Positions 1 to 9,815 of a DNA stretch of 64,000 nucleotides are shown one piece after another; the stretch's first letter is position 1, and the number at the start of each line of letters is the position of its first letter. The stretch comes from Niabella sp. GTDB lineage: Bacteria > Bacteroidota > Bacteroidia > Chitinophagales > Chitinophagaceae. The DNA is taken from positions 57,617 to 121,616 of the forward strand of contig JAGIAT010000011.1 of assembly GCA_017744715.1 (NCBI GenBank). Direction: 5' to 3'. Position numbers and translations under genes: made by a program. The notes under the pieces are model-generated. The model did no database searches. It was not told where the DNA came from and worked only from the letters and a program-made list of their open reading frames with translations.

Positions 1-178
1 GAAAGTTCGCGTAATCTTCCACATCACAGAAATACAGCGATGTAAACAATTCCTGAAGGCACACGATTTGTGCGCCCTTTGCCGCTGCCTCTTTTATTTT
101 TTCAATGCCCTTATTCAGGTTCTGCTGCTTGTCGGCACCGCAACTCATCTGAACCAGGCCTACTTTTACTTTTGCCAT
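1..178 (-). CDS. carbon-nitrogen hydrolase family protein (N-carbamoylputrescine amidase-like); N-terminal ~59 codons only, gene runs off the left edge
   Basis: Hand translation of the minus strand from the ATG at 178 gives MAKVKVGLVQMSCGADKQQNLNKGIEKIKEAAAKGAQIVCLQELFTSLYFC..., a typical nitrilase-superfamily N-terminus. It is absent from the ORF track because the window edge truncates it. Confidence 0.6.
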   Translation of the reverse strand, partial: MAKVKVGLVQMSCGADKQQNLNKGIEKIKEAAAKGAQIVCLQELFTSLYFCDVEDYANF

Positions 179-248
179 ACAATTTATTTGATCGGTTGAT
201 GCTGTTAAAAAAACAGGCGCCCGTAAAGGCGCCTGAGCGTTATACGTT

Positions 249-665
249 CTACCGCAACCGGTCAAGGTCCCGGATTAGTTTCTGATCCCTGCGGATGCCT
301 TTTAATGCAAAAAAGAAGCCCACTACTACCAGTAAGGTCAGTATGGCGGTAATGGCAATGCCTCCGGTATGAAACTCCTTAATATAGCTGGCATATAATG
401 CAATCAGCCCAACCGAAGCTACCAGCCCCAGGAAGGTCAGCTGCAGCTGCTGTTTCCGGTTCTTATACAGGAAAATCGTGATCAATCCCAATGCCACAAT
501 GGCGCCTGTAAGCAGCATGAGCCAGATATTGCTGGTGGCATTCATATCAGCGCCTGCGATGCCTTCGGTGCCGTTTACGGTACCATTATAAAACGGAAAC
601 TTAAACGTAAGCCCGGCGCAGATCACGGACAATAACAGCCACAATGTTTGTTTTCTTTGGATCAT
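249..665 (-). CDS. DUF4293-like small integral membrane protein
   Basis: 138-aa ORF with four hydrophobic segments. The N-terminus MIQRKQTLWLLLS... resembles the Bacteroidota DUF4293 family. Confidence 0.65.
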   Translation of the reverse strand: MIQRKQTLWLLLSVICAGLTFKFPFYNGTVNGTEGIAGADMNATSNIWLMLLTGAIVALGLITIFLYKNRKQQLQLTFLGLVASVGLIALYASYIKEFHTGGIAITAILTLLVVVGFFFALKGIRRDQKLIRDLDRLR

Positions 666-760
666 GATAAATAGTTTGAGGTTTGAGGTTTAAGGTTTGA
701 AGTTGCTCCGGCATTCAATCGTTTCACCGGCACCTCAAACAATAAACATTAAACAATAAA
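666..760. repeat. intergenic imperfect palindromic word-array element (GTTTGAG/GTTTAAG words facing CTCAAAC/ATTAAAC words)
   Basis: gtttgaggtttgaggtttaaggtttgaag ... ctcaaacaataaacattaaacaataaa. The two arms are largely complementary. It uses the same word style as the other intergenic arrays in this window. Confidence 0.5.
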
Positions 761-2041
761 TCAGGCCAATTCCGGATAGAGCGGAAACTGTTGCATAAAT
801 GCTTTTACCTCTTCCTTTACAGATGCGATCACGTTTTCGTCATCCACATTCATCAGTACTTTATCGATCAGTGCCGCCACCTCTGTTACATCCGCTTCCT
901 TCATGCCCCTTGTGGTTACCGCAGGAACGCCTACCCGGATACCGGAGGTTACAAACGGCGATTTGTCATCAAACGGCACGGCATTCTTATTTAACGTAAT
1001 ATGCGCTTTGTCCAGCGTTTCCTGTGCTTTTTTACCGGTAAGGTTCTTATTCCGCAGGTCTATCAGCATCAGGTGGTTGTCGGTACCATCGCTGATCAGT
1101 TTATATCCCTTGTCTACAAAGGCCTTGGCCATTGCCTGCGCATTGGCGATGATCTGTTTACCATATACCTTCCAGTCATCTGAGAGGATTTCACCAAAGG
1201 CCACCGCTTTTGCCGCAATGATATGCTCCAGTGGTCCGCCCTGCATACCCGGAAAAACGGCCAGGTCCAGCAACTGGCTCATGGTACGTGTATTTCCCTT
1301 TGGATCCTTATGTCCCCAGGGATTTTCAAAATCGTTCCGCAGCATGATAATTCCGCCACGGGGTCCGCGCAGGGTTTTATGCGTGGTACTGGTTACAATA
1401 TGACAATGCTCAAACGGATCGTTCAGCAGGCCCGCAGCAATCAGCCCGGCCGGATGTGCGATATCCGCCATTACCAATGCACCCACTTTATCAGCAACCG
1501 CACGAATGCGGGCATAATCCCAGTCGCGGCTGTATGCAGACGCACCGCAAATGATCATCTTTGGTTTTTCAGCCAGGGCCTTTGCTTCCAGGTCTTCATA
1601 ATCCACCAGCCCGGTTTCTTTTACCACACCGTAAGAAATTACCTGGTAGTGCTTTCCGCTGAAGTTTACCGGGCTGCCATGTGTCAGGTGGCCGCCCATG
1701 CTCAGGTTCAGTCCCATGATCTTATCGCCGGGATTGAGCGCGGCAAAGAACACCGCGGCATTGGCCTGCGCGCCGCTGTGTGGCTGCACATTGGCCCAGC
1801 TCAGGTTAAATACTTTTTTCAACCGGTCGATCGCCAGCGTTTCAATTTCATCCACGATCTCGCATCCCCCATAATAACGTTTACCGGGATAGCCTTCCGC
1901 ATATTTATTGGTAAGCACGGTTCCCATAGCCCTGATCACCGGCAGGGAAGCAAAATTTTCTGAAGCGATCAGTTCAATGCCATTGCGCTGGCGGTCTAAT
2001 TCCTTATTGATAAGGTCAAATACTGTATTATCCTGTTGCAT
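761..2041 (-). CDS. glyA: serine hydroxymethyltransferase
   Basis: 426-aa ORF with full-length SHMT-like sequence, including the [17 protein letters not shown] PLP-lysine region. Confidence 0.97.
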   Translation of the reverse strand: MQQDNTVFDLINKELDRQRNGIELIASENFASLPVIRAMGTVLTNKYAEGYPGKRYYGGCEIVDEIETLAIDRLKKVFNLSWANVQPHSGAQANAAVFFAALNPGDKIMGLNLSMGGHLTHGSPVNFSGKHYQVISYGVVKETGLVDYEDLEAKALAEKPKMIICGASAYSRDWDYARIRAVADKVGALVMADIAHPAGLIAAGLLNDPFEHCHIVTSTTHKTLRGPRGGIIMLRNDFENPWGHKDPKGNTRTMSQLLDLAVFPGMQGGPLEHIIAAKAVAFGEILSDDWKVYGKQIIANAQAMAKAFVDKGYKLISDGTDNHLMLIDLRNKNLTGKKAQETLDKAHITLNKNAVPFDDKSPFVTSGIRVGVPAVTTRGMKEADVTEVAALIDKVLMNVDDENVIASVKEEVKAFMQQFPLYPELA

Positions 2042-2045
2042 GGCG

Positions 2046-2053
2046 CAAAGTTA
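2046..2053 (-). promoter_or_regulatory. candidate Bacteroidota -7 promoter box (TAACTTTG on the minus strand) for glyA
   Basis: Matches TAnnTTTG and ends 4 nt upstream of the glyA ATG, which implies a near-leaderless mRNA. Confidence 0.35.
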
Positions 2054-2123
2054 AGGGGGTACGGGGATGTTTAAAAGTTTATGGGTTGAAAAGTTCCGCT
2101 GCCTTCTTATTCACCATGCACCA

Positions 2124-3398
2124 TTAATGATCCGCCGCCGCTCTCCGCGTCATGTTCTTTACAATTCCCGGCAGCAATAACCCCTGGCCAAGAATGGTAA
2201 TAATGACCACCACCGTAGCAATAAAGATGATATCATTGCGCATGGGAAGCGGGCTTCCGTCTTTCAGGTGTGTGGGCAGGCCAATGGCAATGGCAAGGGA
2301 AACGATGCCCCGCATGCCGGACCAGCTGATGATGACACTTTCCTGGAAGCTCAGCAATGCAGACGCACTGATTGCGCGCCGCGACTGTTGCATTTTAGGA
2401 TCCCGGAATCCCTTCTCCAGCCGCCGGCGTTGGGCAAACACCCGCATCATCCGTATGAGTATGGTAACGATCGTGATCAGGAATGCATAACCAATATAAG
2501 GCAGGAACCTCTGCGGCTCAACGTTGCGGATCACCACAGGAAATTCCAGACCGATGAAGATAAAAATGAGCCCGTTTAACAGGTAAACGATCACTTCCCA
2601 TATTGTTTTTGACTGATGACGGAGCGCCGGGGAAAACTGGCGTTCGCTCAGCATGGAAACACCAAAGCCGAGGATCACCACAGCAATGACCCCGGAAACC
2701 TCCAGCTCCTCTGCGATGAGGTACGTAGTAAACGGCGCCAGAAGGGTAAAGGCCAGCACCGCCATGGTGTTTTTTCGTACATAGCGCAAAATTACCGCCA
2801 GCAGTTTGCCCAGCACCATCCCCACCAGAAAACCACCGGCCATCAGCAGAACAAACGTAAGGGATGCTTTCCACCATACAAAGCCGGTACCCATCACCGC
2901 AGCCACGGCAAAGCGGTACGCTACCAGTGCCGATGCATCATTGATCAGGCTTTCGCCTTCCAGTATGGTAACGGTATGTTTCGGAAGACCCAGGTTGCGG
3001 GTAATGCTGATGGCGGCCACGGCATCCGTTGCCGCCAGGATAGCACCCAGCACAAACGCCAGCGGCCAGGTCATGCCCGGTATCAGGTAATACGATAATA
3101 CAGCCACGCCTGCGGTGGTCAGAAATACGAGACCGATCGCCAGTGCACTGATCGTTCCCAGGTTCTCCCGGAAATCTTTAAAATGGATATTAAACGCGGC
3201 ATCATAAAGCAGTGGCGGCAGAAATAATAGAAAAATAATCTCGGGGCCTATTTCCGGTACCGGCATATCGGGAATAAATCCCACCGCTATGCCGGCAATG
3301 ATCAGCACGATCGGCGATGCGATCTTTATCCGGTCGGCCACCACATTCAGCAATACCATCAGCCCCAGCAATATCAGTATAATCGTATAGTTGGTCAT
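2124..3398 (-). CDS. Na+/H+ antiporter (CPA1 family)
   Basis: 424-aa polytopic membrane ORF with NhaP/CPA1-like sequence (ATDAVA motif region). Confidence 0.85.
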   Translation of the reverse strand: MTNYTIILILLGLMVLLNVVADRIKIASPIVLIIAGIAVGFIPDMPVPEIGPEIIFLLFLPPLLYDAAFNIHFKDFRENLGTISALAIGLVFLTTAGVAVLSYYLIPGMTWPLAFVLGAILAATDAVAAISITRNLGLPKHTVTILEGESLINDASALVAYRFAVAAVMGTGFVWWKASLTFVLLMAGGFLVGMVLGKLLAVILRYVRKNTMAVLAFTLLAPFTTYLIAEELEVSGVIAVVILGFGVSMLSERQFSPALRHQSKTIWEVIVYLLNGLIFIFIGLEFPVVIRNVEPQRFLPYIGYAFLITIVTILIRMMRVFAQRRRLEKGFRDPKMQQSRRAISASALLSFQESVIISWSGMRGIVSLAIAIGLPTHLKDGSPLPMRNDIIFIATVVVIITILGQGLLLPGIVKNMTRRAAADH

Positions 3399-3646
3399 GG
3401 TTCAAAACTTATTTTTCCTGTTTGTATTCCCGAAAGATAAAATATAAAAGCATTCCTTTCTGCGCCGAAGCACGGCTTTCCGGAACAAAACGCGCCGGTG
3501 GCTCAAAACAACTTTGCCCGGCCTTCACAGGGTGCGGTTCTCCCGTACAAAAGAAAATGCGTACCTTCACCCATCAAATGAGCAGGGAATGTTCCCGTTT
3601 TTGTGCTGCTCATTTATAATTTAATTGATAACGACTATTTAAATAC

Positions 3647-4636
3647 ATGAAGGCGATCATTCCTGTAGCAGGAGCCGGAACAAAACTACGACCACAGAGC
3701 TATACTCAACCCAAGGCGTTGATCCCCCTGGCGGGTAAAACGGTATTGAGCTTTATTATTGATCAGCTGAAGGAGGCGGGGATTGAGGAGTTCATTTTTA
3801 TTGTGGGTTTCCTGGGTGACAAGATTTCCGATTATGTAAAAGAGCATCATCCGGACATCCAGGCGTATTATGTGAGCCAGCAGGAGCGCCGCGGTATCGG
3901 CCATGCGGTGAATCTTACCCGGAGCCTGGTTGATCATGACGAGGTATTTATTTCACTGGGTGATACGATCTGCGAATATGACGTGGCGTCGGTTTTAAAC
4001 AACGAGCATTCGATGGTGGGCATCCGGAAGGTTGACAATCCCCGTGATTTTGGTGTGGCCGAGATCGATGCCAACGGCTTTATTGAATCGGTGGTTGAAA
4101 AACCCCATATTCCCAAATCCAATATGGCGATGGTAGGCATTTATAAGATCCGCGAAAGCGAACTGCTGTTCGAATGCCTGGCCTCCAATATCCGTAAAGG
4201 GCTGCTGACCCACGGAGAGTTTAACATTACCGACGCGCTGCACTGCATGATCCAAAACGGTGTAAAATTTGAAGCCTTTAAGGTAGACAACTGGTTTGAT
4301 GCAGGCAACAAGGAAACCCTGCTGCGGTCTAATGCAACGCTTTTGCGGAAATACAAAGCTACGGCTGATGCCTCCCAGTTTGAAAATACGGTGATCGTTC
4401 CCCCGGTGAGCATCGGTAACGGATGCGTGATCCGGAATTCGATCATCGGTCCCAATGTAACTCTTGGCGAAAACACATTTCTGGACCAGTCCATTATCCG
4501 CAATTCGATTGTAGGCGCCTTCTCCAATTTGTTCGATATTGTACTGGAGCACTCTGTTATTGGTTCCGACTCCAGCATTAAAGGCGAAACCCGCAGTTTG
4601 AATATCGGGGATAATACGAGCATTGATTTGGGGTGA
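3647..4636 (+). CDS. sugar-phosphate nucleotidyltransferase with C-terminal left-handed beta-helix
   Basis: The N-terminus MKAIIPVAGAGTKLRP is the nucleotidyltransferase G-rich loop. The C-terminal hexapeptide-like repeats fit a beta-helix. Confidence 0.8.
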   Translation: MKAIIPVAGAGTKLRPQSYTQPKALIPLAGKTVLSFIIDQLKEAGIEEFIFIVGFLGDKISDYVKEHHPDIQAYYVSQQERRGIGHAVNLTRSLVDHDEVFISLGDTICEYDVASVLNNEHSMVGIRKVDNPRDFGVAEIDANGFIESVVEKPHIPKSNMAMVGIYKIRESELLFECLASNIRKGLLTHGEFNITDALHCMIQNGVKFEAFKVDNWFDAGNKETLLRSNATLLRKYKATADASQFENTVIVPPVSIGNGCVIRNSIIGPNVTLGENTFLDQSIIRNSIVGAFSNLFDIVLEHSVIGSDSSIKGETRSLNIGDNTSIDLG

Positions 4637-4937
4637 ATTTGAAAATGTGAAGATGTGAAAATGTGGAAATGTGGAAATGAGCCGATAGTGAATAGATCAT
4701 CAGGTATGAAACGGCTTTCAGTTTTTAGTGTTCAGTCATCAGTTTTCAGTGATCAGCTTTCTGTTTTCAGTAATCAGCCATCGGTTTTCAGTCGATTCCG
4801 TCCGGGATCGCAGATTTGTCCACTCACCTCATGTATAAAACGGATCCAACCTGGAATTTTGAACATTAAACCTGGAACCGACGCAACTTAAACATTGAGC
4901 ATCAAACGTTAAACGGTAAACCCGGAACCCCGAAACT
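4637..4937. repeat. composite intergenic repeat element (word arrays TGTGAAAA, CAGTTTTCAGTGATCAG and GAACATTAAAC flanking a core), inverted relative to the 32.7-kb copies
   Basis: Alignment by eye to the reverse complement of the unit at 32809-32927 (ttttcagtc..gatttgtc..aacctggaa..ttgaac.ttaaac). ORF 4655..4891 is just a translation of these arrays. Confidence 0.7.
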
Positions 4938-4941
4938 TCCG

Positions 4942-4949
4942 TATCTTTG
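4942..4949 (+). promoter_or_regulatory. candidate -7 promoter box TATCTTTG for secA
   Basis: Exact TAnnTTTG match about 95 nt upstream of the secA ATG. Confidence 0.4.
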
Positions 4950-5044
4950 CCCTTCGCCTGTAAAAGGCTGTCAAAATGGCTTAAAAAGGATATAGCACTG
5001 TTTTTGAAGGATCACAGTTTTTAATAAAATATCGCGATAATTAT

Positions 5045-8000
5045 ATGTTTGGTTTTCTATCTAAAATGTTCGGTGGCAGCAAATCGGAAAAAGACGTTAA
5101 AAAGCTTGCTCCTGTCATTGAACAAATCAACAAAAATTTTGCTCAGTACCAATCACTTAGCAACGACGAACTGCGTAACAAAACCCATGAATTCCGCCAG
5201 CGTATCCAGGACCGGCTGAGCGAGATTGACACCCGGGTAACGGCCCTTAATGAACAGGCCGACCAGCTTCCCCACGAGGAATTGCTGCAAAAAGACGCTA
5301 TTTACAAGCAGGTAGACGATCTGAAGAAAGATCGTGATAAAGAAATTGAAAAAGTGCTGGAGGAAATTCTTCCCGAAGCATTTGCTGTGGTAAAAGAAAC
5401 GGCCCGCCGTTTTACGGGCAATACGGAACTGGTTTCCAGGGCCACTGAGCTGGATCGTCAACTGGCACGTACTGCAGAATATATTACCATCGATGGCGAT
5501 AATGCCATTTACAAAAACAGCTGGACGGCCGCCGGTGCTAAAATCACCTGGAATATGGTGCATTACGATGTGCAGCTGATCGGGGGGGCGGTGTTACATT
5601 CCGGTAAAATCGCCGAAATGGCCACGGGTGAGGGAAAGACCCTCGTTTCTACCCTGCCGGCCTATCTGAACGCATTAGCCGGTGAAGGCGTACACGTGGT
5701 TACCGTAAACGATTACCTGGCCCGTCGTGACCAGGAATGGAACGGACCGGTATTTGAATGGCTGGGCCTGCGGGTGGATTGTATCGATAAGCATCAACCC
5801 AATTCAGAAGCCCGCCGCAACGCTTACCTGGCCGATATTACCTATGGTACCAATAATGAATTTGGTTTCGACTACCTGCGGGACAACATGGTGCACAATG
5901 CCTCCGAAATGGTACAACGCAAGCATCACTACGCAATGGTGGATGAGGTGGATAGCGTATTGATCGACGATGCGCGTACGCCACTCATCATCAGCGGACC
6001 TGTAGACCAGGGTGATGAACAGCAGTATCACATTCACAAACCGCGCGTAGAGCAATTGTACCGCGAGCAGGAACGGATTGTTCGTACCAACCTGAATGAA
6101 GCCAAGCGGCTTTTTGAAAAAGGAGAAGACGATCCTAAAACCGGTGGTTTGTACTTATACCGTGCATTCCGCGGACTGCCGAAATATAGCCCGCTGATCA
6201 AGTTCTTAAGCGAGCCGGGCGTAAAGGTAAAAATGCAGAAAGCAGAAAATTATTACCTGCAGGAGCAGGAGCGGAATATGAAGATCGTGGATGCGGACCT
6301 CCTCTTCCGGATTGATGAAAAAACCAACTCCGTAGATCTTACAGAAAAGGGATTGGCGATGATTACCAAAGTGGGAGAAGATGCCGACTTCTTTGTATTA
6401 CCGGATATTGGTGTAAGCCTTGCAGAAGTAGAAAAAAGTGATGCCCCTGCTGAAGATAAGCTGAAACAGAAAGAAGCATTGCTGAACGAGTACTCGCAAA
6501 AAGCAGATCGCATTCACTCTGTACAGCAATTATTAAAAGCCTATGCGCTTTTTGAAAAGGATGATGAATACGTGGTGGTAGACGGGGCCATTAAGATCGT
6601 GGATGAGCAAACCGGACGTATCATGGAAGGCCGGCGTTATTCCGACGGGCTGCACCAGGCACTGGAAGCAAAGGAAAATGTAAAAATCGAAGCGGCTACG
6701 CAAACCTATGCCACCATTACCCTGCAGAACTTCTTCCGTATGTATCATAAGCTGGCAGGTATGACCGGTACGGCAGAAACAGAAGCGGGTGAGTTGTGGA
6801 GCATTTACAAGTTGGATGTGGTAACCATCCCAACCAACGTGCCCATCATCCGGCAAGACCTCCAGGATATGGTGTACAAGACCAAGCGCGAAAAGTACAA
6901 GGCCGTGATCGATGAAATCGAAAAGCTGCGTACAGCCGGCCGGCCGGTACTGGTAGGTACCACTTCGGTAGAGATCAGTGAGTTGCTGAGCCGTATGCTG
7001 CAGCAGAAAAAGATACCACACAATGTTTTGAATGCCAAACAGCACGCACGCGAAGCAGAGATTGTTGCAGAAGCCGGTTTGCCCGGAGCCGTAACCATCG
7101 CTACCAACATGGCGGGCCGCGGTACCGATATTAAGCTGGGACCCGGCGTAAAAGAAGCCGGCGGTTTGGCCATTATTGGTACCGAGCGTCATGAAAGCCG
7201 CCGTGTAGACCGCCAGCTGAGAGGTCGTGCCGGCCGTCAGGGTGACCCGGGTAGCTCCCTGTTCTATGTATCGCTGGAAGATGACCTGATGCGGATGTTT
7301 GGTAGCGACCGTATCGCCAGCATGATGGATAAAATGGGCTATAAGGAAGGCGATGTGATCCAGCACAGCATGATCAGCAACAGCATCCAGCGCGCCCAGA
7401 AAAAAGTAGAAGAAAACAACTTTGGTATCCGTAAGCGCCTGCTGGAATATGATGATGTGATGAACAAGCAGCGGAATGCCGTGTATGAAAAAAGGAACCA
7501 TGCGCTGTTTGGTGAGCGCCTTTCACTGGATATTGATAATGCCTTCTCTATTGTGGCAGAAAGCCTGTGCACTTCTTTTAAAGAACAGGAAGACTTTGAA
7601 GGTTTCAAACTGGCCAGCATCGTAAATTTCGGTATGGACACCTCCATTAACGAGGAAACCTTCCATAATACAGACGCTTCCAAACTGGCCGACCAGTTAT
7701 ATGCAGAAGCCCTGGCCCGTTATACAGAGCATAAGCAACTCATCCAAAAGCAGGCGGTTCCGGTATTCCAGAATATCCGCGAAACACAGGGTCCGCATAT
7801 CGAAAGCGTAGTGGTGCCTTTCATGGATGGGCGCAAAGCCATCAATGTACTGGCTCCATTGGATAAAACCATCACCACGGAAGGCCGTGAGCTGGTTTCC
7901 AGCATGGAAAAATCCATTACCCTTGCCGTGATCGACGACGCATGGAAAGAACACCTGCGTGCCATGGATGATCTGAAACAAAGCGTGCAAACCGCTTACC

Positions 8001-8368
8001 TGGAGCAAAAAGATCCGCTGGTGATCTACAAGGTAGAAGCGTTCCAGCTGTTCAACAATATGACCACCAACCTGAACAAGGATATCATCTCCTTCCTTAC
8101 ACAGGCCAACCTGCCTGCACAGGAAGAAGCGCCCAAATTCAAAGAAGGACGTGAAGAGCGGACCGACCTCAGCAAGATGCGGGTGAATAAAGATGAGATC
8201 GATGCCGCTGGTGATGATTATGGCGCAAATGAAAGAGACTATTTTGATCCCTCGCAGCCGCCTGTAAAACAGGAACCGATCCGCGTAGCGCCAAAAGTGG
8301 GCCGCAACGATCTTTGTCCCTGCGGCAGCGGTAAAAAATATAAGAACTGCCACGGCAGAAACGAATAA
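5045..8368 (+). CDS. secA: preprotein translocase ATPase SecA
   Basis: 1107-aa ORF with DEAD-motor motifs (MATGEGKTL, DEVDSVLIDDARTPLIIS) and the C-terminal zinc finger CPCGSGKKYKNCHG. Confidence 0.98.
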   Translation: MFGFLSKMFGGSKSEKDVKKLAPVIEQINKNFAQYQSLSNDELRNKTHEFRQRIQDRLSEIDTRVTALNEQADQLPHEELLQKDAIYKQVDDLKKDRDKEIEKVLEEILPEAFAVVKETARRFTGNTELVSRATELDRQLARTAEYITIDGDNAIYKNSWTAAGAKITWNMVHYDVQLIGGAVLHSGKIAEMATGEGKTLVSTLPAYLNALAGEGVHVVTVNDYLARRDQEWNGPVFEWLGLRVDCIDKHQPNSEARRNAYLADITYGTNNEFGFDYLRDNMVHNASEMVQRKHHYAMVDEVDSVLIDDARTPLIISGPVDQGDEQQYHIHKPRVEQLYREQERIVRTNLNEAKRLFEKGEDDPKTGGLYLYRAFRGLPKYSPLIKFLSEPGVKVKMQKAENYYLQEQERNMKIVDADLLFRIDEKTNSVDLTEKGLAMITKVGEDADFFVLPDIGVSLAEVEKSDAPAEDKLKQKEALLNEYSQKADRIHSVQQLLKAYALFEKDDEYVVVDGAIKIVDEQTGRIMEGRRYSDGLHQALEAKENVKIEAATQTYATITLQNFFRMYHKLAGMTGTAETEAGELWSIYKLDVVTIPTNVPIIRQDLQDMVYKTKREKYKAVIDEIEKLRTAGRPVLVGTTSVEISELLSRMLQQKKIPHNVLNAKQHAREAEIVAEAGLPGAVTIATNMAGRGTDIKLGPGVKEAGGLAIIGTERHESRRVDRQLRGRAGRQGDPGSSLFYVSLEDDLMRMFGSDRIASMMDKMGYKEGDVIQHSMISNSIQRAQKKVEENNFGIRKRLLEYDDVMNKQRNAVYEKRNHALFGERLSLDIDNAFSIVAESLCTSFKEQEDFEGFKLASIVNFGMDTSINEETFHNTDASKLADQLYAEALARYTEHKQLIQKQAVPVFQNIRETQGPHIESVVVPFMDGRKAINVLAPLDKTITTEGRELVSSMEKSITLAVIDDAWKEHLRAMDDLKQSVQTAYLEQKDPLVIYKVEAFQLFNNMTTNLNKDIISFLTQANLPAQEEAPKFKEGREERTDLSKMRVNKDEIDAAGDDYGANERDYFDPSQPPVKQEPIRVAPKVGRNDLCPCGSGKKYKNCHGRNE

Positions 8369-8374
8369 CCCCCC

Positions 8375-8401
8375 AATCCCCGCTCCGGCGGGGATTTTTT
8401 A
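8375..8401 (+). terminator. rho-independent terminator after secA
   Basis: Stem aatccccgc / gcggggatt with loop tccg, followed by a T-run. Confidence 0.7.
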
Positions 8402-8576
8402 TTTCCGGACGTACGCGTCAGGTCTGAAAGAAAAGACCGCACCATCCCGTATGGCCTCCTTGCCGGTAAAGGGCAGTTTGAAACCGTCCCTGTATTAAAA
8501 CCGCATCTCCCGGTTACTTCCTTTGTAAACTAAAAAAACAACCTTATTTTCAGGTTTTTATTAACGTCAACTACAT

Positions 8577-9815
8577 ATGAAACGGTCGCTGCAGCTCCAA
8601 CTATCCGCCATGATGTTCCTTGAATTTTTTATGAAGGGCTCCTGGTTTGTTACCCTGGGCACGTATTTAAAAAATAACCTCGGCGCCGCTCCCCTGGAGG
8701 TTTCCAATATTTTTTCCACGCAGTCATTGGGTGCCGTGGCGGCGCCGTTCTTTATCGGCTTTATCGCCGACCGTTTCTTTAATGCCGAGCGGGTGATGGG
8801 CGTATTGCACCTGATAGGGGCAGGCCTGTTGCTGCTGATGTACCGGGCCGGCAATGCGGCCAGCATGTACCCCTATGTGTTGCTGTATTTCATTTCTTAT
8901 ATGTCAACCCTGGCCCTCACCAGCTCCGTTTCCTTCCGCAATCTCAGCGATCCCAAAAAACAATACCCCTTCATACGCCTGTTTGGAACCCTTGGGTGGA
9001 TGGTAGCCGGCTTTTCCATCAGTTATCTGTTTCACTGGGACTCAAAGGAAGCCGTGGCATCCGGAGCCTTGCAAAATACGTTCCTGCTGGGCGCCGCCTG
9101 CTCGCTGGCGCTGGGCCTGCTTTGCTTCCTGCTTCCGGCCACACCTCCATTAAAGAAAAATCAAAAATTCTATTGGGGCGATGCCCTGGGACTGCAGGCA
9201 CTGGCCCTGCTGAAACAGAAAAATTTCCTGATATTCTTCATCACCGCCATTATCATTTGTATCCCGATCTCATTTTACTACCAGAACGCGAACCCGTACC
9301 TGGTGGCAACCGGCCTGCCCAACCCCACGGGCAAAATGGCGCTGGGCCAGTTCTCGGAGCTGTTGTGCCTGCTGCTGGTTCCCTTCTTTTTTGTAAGGCT
9401 CGGCTATAAGAAAATGATGCTGATCGGTATCAGCGCCTGGGCCTTGCGGTACCTCCTATTTGCTTTTGGTAACGGGCAGGACCTGGCTTTTATGCTGATC
9501 CTCGGCATTCTCCTGCACGGCGTTTGTTATGATTTTATGTTTGTGGTTGGGCAGATTTATACCGATGCCATTGCGGGTAAACAATACCGGTCTTCCGCCC
9601 AGGGCCTGGTAACGGTGGCGATGTACGGCATCGGGATGCTGATCGGTTTCTGGGTAGCCGGGTTCATTTCCGAAGCACTTAAAGCCTATGAAGGCGCTAC
9701 CTACTGGCGTTATATTTGGCTTTCACCTGCAGCTATGGCAATCGTGTGTATGCTGATCTTTTTATTACTGTTTAAAGAACAACGGCCACAACCGGAATCA
9801 GCTGAAGCGGTTTAA
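8577..9815 (+). CDS. MFS nucleoside:H+ symporter family transporter
   Basis: 412-aa ORF with 12 predicted TM segments. The N-terminus LSAMMFLEFFMKGSWFVTLGTYL is typical of the NupG/XapB-like family. Confidence 0.8.
   Translation: MKRSLQLQLSAMMFLEFFMKGSWFVTLGTYLKNNLGAAPLEVSNIFSTQSLGAVAAPFFIGFIADRFFNAERVMGVLHLIGAGLLLLMYRAGNAASMYPYVLLYFISYMSTLALTSSVSFRNLSDPKKQYPFIRLFGTLGWMVAGFSISYLFHWDSKEAVASGALQNTFLLGAACSLALGLLCFLLPATPPLKKNQKFYWGDALGLQALALLKQKNFLIFFITAIIICIPISFYYQNANPYLVATGLPNPTGKMALGQFSELLCLLLVPFFFVRLGYKKMMLIGISAWALRYLLFAFGNGQDLAFMLILGILLHGVCYDFMFVVGQIYTDAIAGKQYRSSAQGLVTVAMYGIGMLIGFWVAGFISEALKAYEGATYWRYIWLSPAAMAIVCMLIFLLLFKEQRPQPESAEAV

Noticed and set aside
4655-4891. 78-aa ORF (…LSVFSVQSSVFSDQLSVFSNQPSVFS…)
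   Set aside because: The peptide is a direct translation of the CAGTTTTCAGTGATCAG word array. It is periodic and low-complexity, and it lies within a dispersed intergenic repeat.
6533-7501. 322-aa minus-strand ORF inside secA; similarly 1223..1963 inside glyA, 23796..24497 inside trpB and 33213..33878 inside plsC
   Set aside because: These are shadow ORFs antisense to highly conserved genes, and none has a recognisable domain.
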